Part shown: in pieces, positions 62,001 to 64,000 of the stretch
Numbering within the stretch: the stretch's first letter is position 1
Layout: each line of letters starts with the position of its first letter
Assembly (NCBI GenBank): GCA_040954595.2
Contig: CM082594.2
Span: 6,654,840 to 6,718,839 of the forward strand
Direction of reading: 5' to 3'
DNA length: 64,000 bases
Source: Balanoglossus misakiensis
Taxonomy: Eukaryota; Animalia; Hemichordata
Translations under genes and position numbers: made by a program
Notes under the pieces: generated by a model
What the model saw: only the letters and a program-made list of their open reading frames with translations
What the model was told of the DNA's origin: nothing
Databases searched by the model: none

Positions 62001-64000
62001 CAGAGATTTCGTCCACATTACTCATTTCCACAGAAGGTAGGTCTATACTAATTGCATATGAATGATCCTAACAAACAAGTTCAAAAGATAAGATGCAGTA
62101 AATTCTAATTTTTAGTAATGAGTCATCTTTTAAGAAAATAATATCTATTTTTTTCCATCATTCATCTTTTACTTAAAATTAATCGTACTTCCGATAAAAG
62201 AAACTACAGCCCAAATCACCACAATGGAACAGACTACAGTACAAGATACAACTGAGTTATCTACACCAGTTGTTACAACACCGGATGTTACATCACCAGA
62301 AGTTACAACACCAGAAGTTACAACACCAGAAGTTACAACACCAGAAGTTACAACACTAGAAGTTACATCACCAGAAGTTACAACACCAGTTGTTACATCA
62401 CCAGAAGTTACAACACCAGAAGTTACATCACCAGAAGTTACAACACCAGAAGTTACAACACCAGAAGTTACAAAATCAGAAGTTACAACACCAGTTGTTA
62501 CATCACCAGACGTTACAACACCTGATGTTACATCACCAGAAGTTACAACACCAGTTCCAACATCATCAGATGTTACAACACCAGATGTTACATCACCAGA
62601 AGTTACATCACTAGAAGTTACAACACCGGATGTTACATCACCAGAAGTTACAACACCAGAAGTTACATCACCAGAAGTTACAACACCAGAAGTTACATCA
62701 CTAGAAGTTACATCACCAGAAGTTACAACACCAGTTGTTACATCACCAGAAGTTACAACACCAGAAGTTACATCACCAGAAGTTACAACACCAGAAGTTA
62801 CAACACCAGAAGTTACAAAATCAGAAGTTACAACACCAGTTGTTACATCACCAGACGTTACAACACCTGATGTTACATCACCAGAAGTTACAACACCAGC
62901 TGTTTCATCACCGTTACTTTCAACAGAAGAAGTTACTACTGCATATAAGTCAACACTTGCTGCTTCCACTGAAGGTATGATTTGACAAAATGGATTTTTA
63001 CAATCAATGGCGAACTTTTGTGAGATTAACAAGTACATGAGTAATGATGATATATAACAATATGCATTTTTTTGTCAATGATGTTTCAGCTCCAACAACA
63101 AGACTTCAGACATCACAGCGTTCAACCAGTACCCCAACAGCAGCACCAACCACAATTAAACAAGACACAACAACTGCAATGATTACACCAACTGAAGGTA
63201 CATGTCATCACGTTTCATTGAGTGGATTTATAGAAGTGCATCACTAACAATGTGTCTTTCATTTTAAACTGTTTTGTAACATAAAAAAATATCAATTCTC
63301 TCCCTTTTCTCTACAGCTGCAGTATGTGGACACCCTGGTGTTCCTGCATATGGTTTCATCCTTCCAGAAAACATAACATTTCCTGTTCAGCCTGACGTAG
63401 AAGTTAGTTTTGGTTGTTGTGAAACCTATGAACTTGTTGGCAGTGTGACTTTAACATGTATGGGTGATGGTTCTTGGGACTTCAACACACCAGTTTGTAA
63501 TCCAGGTATGTCAACACCAAAATTTATCTCTATAAGATATAGATACTGTTCTGCAAAAAATGTCCACTATGGTTATACATTGGATCATTGAAAAAAAGTC
63601 TAACAATATAAATTAAGCTGTCATTTCACTAATTCATATTGATGGTTTTCTGTTAACATTCCACCTTGTCCTTATTTAACTTGCATTTTAGTCTGCAAGC
63701 CCTGGCCAGAAGAAAAAGCATACAATGGTTCCTGCTACCACATTCCACTTACCAAAGATGGTGCAAACCTCAGAAGTGACTTTTATGGAGCCGATGAATA
63801 TTGCCAAAGTCAAGGGTATTATTTGGCTAGTATTGGAAGTTACGGTGAACATGAGTTTATTAAATCTGTTCTGAGGAGCGATCCTTTCCATAAATGGCGA
63901 TATTTCACTGGAGCAACAAGGGTAAATGGAGAATGGATATGGGTATCAGGCCATCAATGGACCTATGAACCATGGCGTGACACTATTGATCCACCAGAAC
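32009..64000 (+). CDS. Giant secreted or surface mosaic lectin-mucin: signal peptide, then reiterated CCP-CLECT-CCP-CCP-FTP-mucin cassettes (7 C-type lectin, 19 CCP, 7 F-type lectin domains in the window); roughly 4800 codons by hand estimate; 3' end beyond window
   Basis: Exon 32009-32105 gives MKPTSLRGMRIKNTQSYLHVLVIFILLLVYFI, microexon 34906-34929 gives DDSEAQTP, then CLECT exon 35963-36385 (GSCYY..A..C..GAYLVAI..E..F..YWTSG..WRW..C..C..YICE). It continues through CCP exons (C..P..GY.L.G...C...W....P.C), split FTP exons (NLAL..SQSS..A.DG..CSHT..PWW.V.L..LCEV.V.G) and Thr-rich exons. No in-frame stops were seen in the spliced exons. Confidence 0.85.
35963..41530 (+). other. Divergent N-terminal cassette (unit 0): CLECT-CCP-CCP-FTP-Pro/Thr linker-CCP-FTP-Thr-rich
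   Basis: Exons 35963-36385, 36752-36973, 37269-37466, 37651-37866, 37991-38182, 38435-38512, 38966-39154, 39287-39490, 40139-40369, 40829-40942, 41402-41530; each length is a multiple of 3. Confidence 0.85.
45900..46265 (+). repeat. 30-nt coding repeat (PTTVVTTDVP), about 12 copies
   Basis: ccaaccacagttgtaacaacagatgtgcca reiterated almost perfectly in the unit 1 mucin exon. Confidence 0.95.
50175..50530 (+). repeat. 78-nt coding repeat (VTTPIFTTEEITTPQSTTEEVTTLLPSTE-like), about 4 copies
   Basis: Seen in ORF 50118-50741, the unit 2 mucin exon. Unit length is approximate (26-29 aa). Confidence 0.8.
53764..53970. repeat. Intronic (ATAC)n microsatellite, unit 3
   Basis: About 200 bp of acat repeats with interruptions in the 3' part. 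Confidence 0.95.
54426..54745 (+). repeat. 15-nt coding repeat (VT[T/S]PE), about 21 copies, unit 3
   Basis: gaagttaca(a/t)cacca reiterated. Confidence 0.95.
57586..57706. repeat. Intronic (ATAC)n microsatellite, unit 4
   Basis: Pure acat run at the homologous intron position. Confidence 0.95.
58166..58860 (+). repeat. 15-nt coding repeat (VT[T/S]PE), about 46 copies, unit 4
   Basis: Same unit as at 54426, longer array. Confidence 0.95.
61700..61807. repeat. Intronic (ATAC)n microsatellite, unit 5
   Basis: Pure acat run at the homologous intron position. Confidence 0.95.
62264..62898 (+). repeat. 15-nt coding repeat (VT[T/S]PE), about 42 copies, unit 5
   Basis: Same unit; includes a higher-order duplication marked by VTKSE variants at about 62470 and 62815. 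Confidence 0.95.

Larger units (their letters stand above)
51055..64000 (+). repeat. Young tandem array of about 4.1 kb cassettes: units 3 (51055), 4 (55165), 5 (59279), 6 (63317, truncated by window)
   Basis: Periods of 4110, 4114 and 4038 bp. Exons and most introns are nearly identical; ORF-track peptides recur verbatim (55614 vs 59728; 55988 vs 60102; 56418 vs 60532). Confidence 0.95.

Noticed and set aside
45628-63038. Antisense and off-frame ORFs with VVTSG, WWHICCYNCG, KLQHQ, YVCM and IHTY repeats
   Set aside because: By-products of coding minisatellites and the intronic ATAC microsatellite.
15407-64000. The two lectin-mucin genes being a single gene
   Set aside because: The first has its own TM, stop codon (28399-28401) and candidate poly(A) signal; the second has its own ATG and signal-peptide exon.

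Overview
Eukaryotic, intron-rich, AT-rich animal DNA. The domain content suggests a marine invertebrate, possibly a deuterostome, but the species cannot be determined from sequence alone. Four spliced genes were reconstructed by hand from GT-AG sites and intron phases. (1) The 3' part of a + strand gene for an extremely Asp/Glu-rich protein with a 52-Asp run (to 4489). (2) A complete - strand TMEM161-family gene (12243-6767, 10 coding exons, 497 aa) with an apparent U12-type minor intron. (3) A + strand type-I membrane protein: five degenerate F-type lectin (FTP) domains, an approximately 1000-aa Thr-rich mucin stalk, one CCP/sushi domain, a TM helix, and a tail with ITIM/ITAM-like tyrosines and a PDZ-binding C-terminus (about 15407-28401; 5' end unresolved). 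(4) A giant + strand gene with a signal peptide from 32009 that runs off the window. It is built from a tandemly reiterated 4-4.8 kb cassette, CCP - C-type lectin - CCP - CCP - linker - F-type lectin - mucin, in which every intron examined is phase 1. The later cassettes are near-identical including introns, and carry variable-length mucin repeats and new cysteine pairs. The most notable candidate system is this adjacent pair of lectin-mucin genes and the expanding modular array. No RNA genes, CRISPR arrays or intact transposons were recognised.
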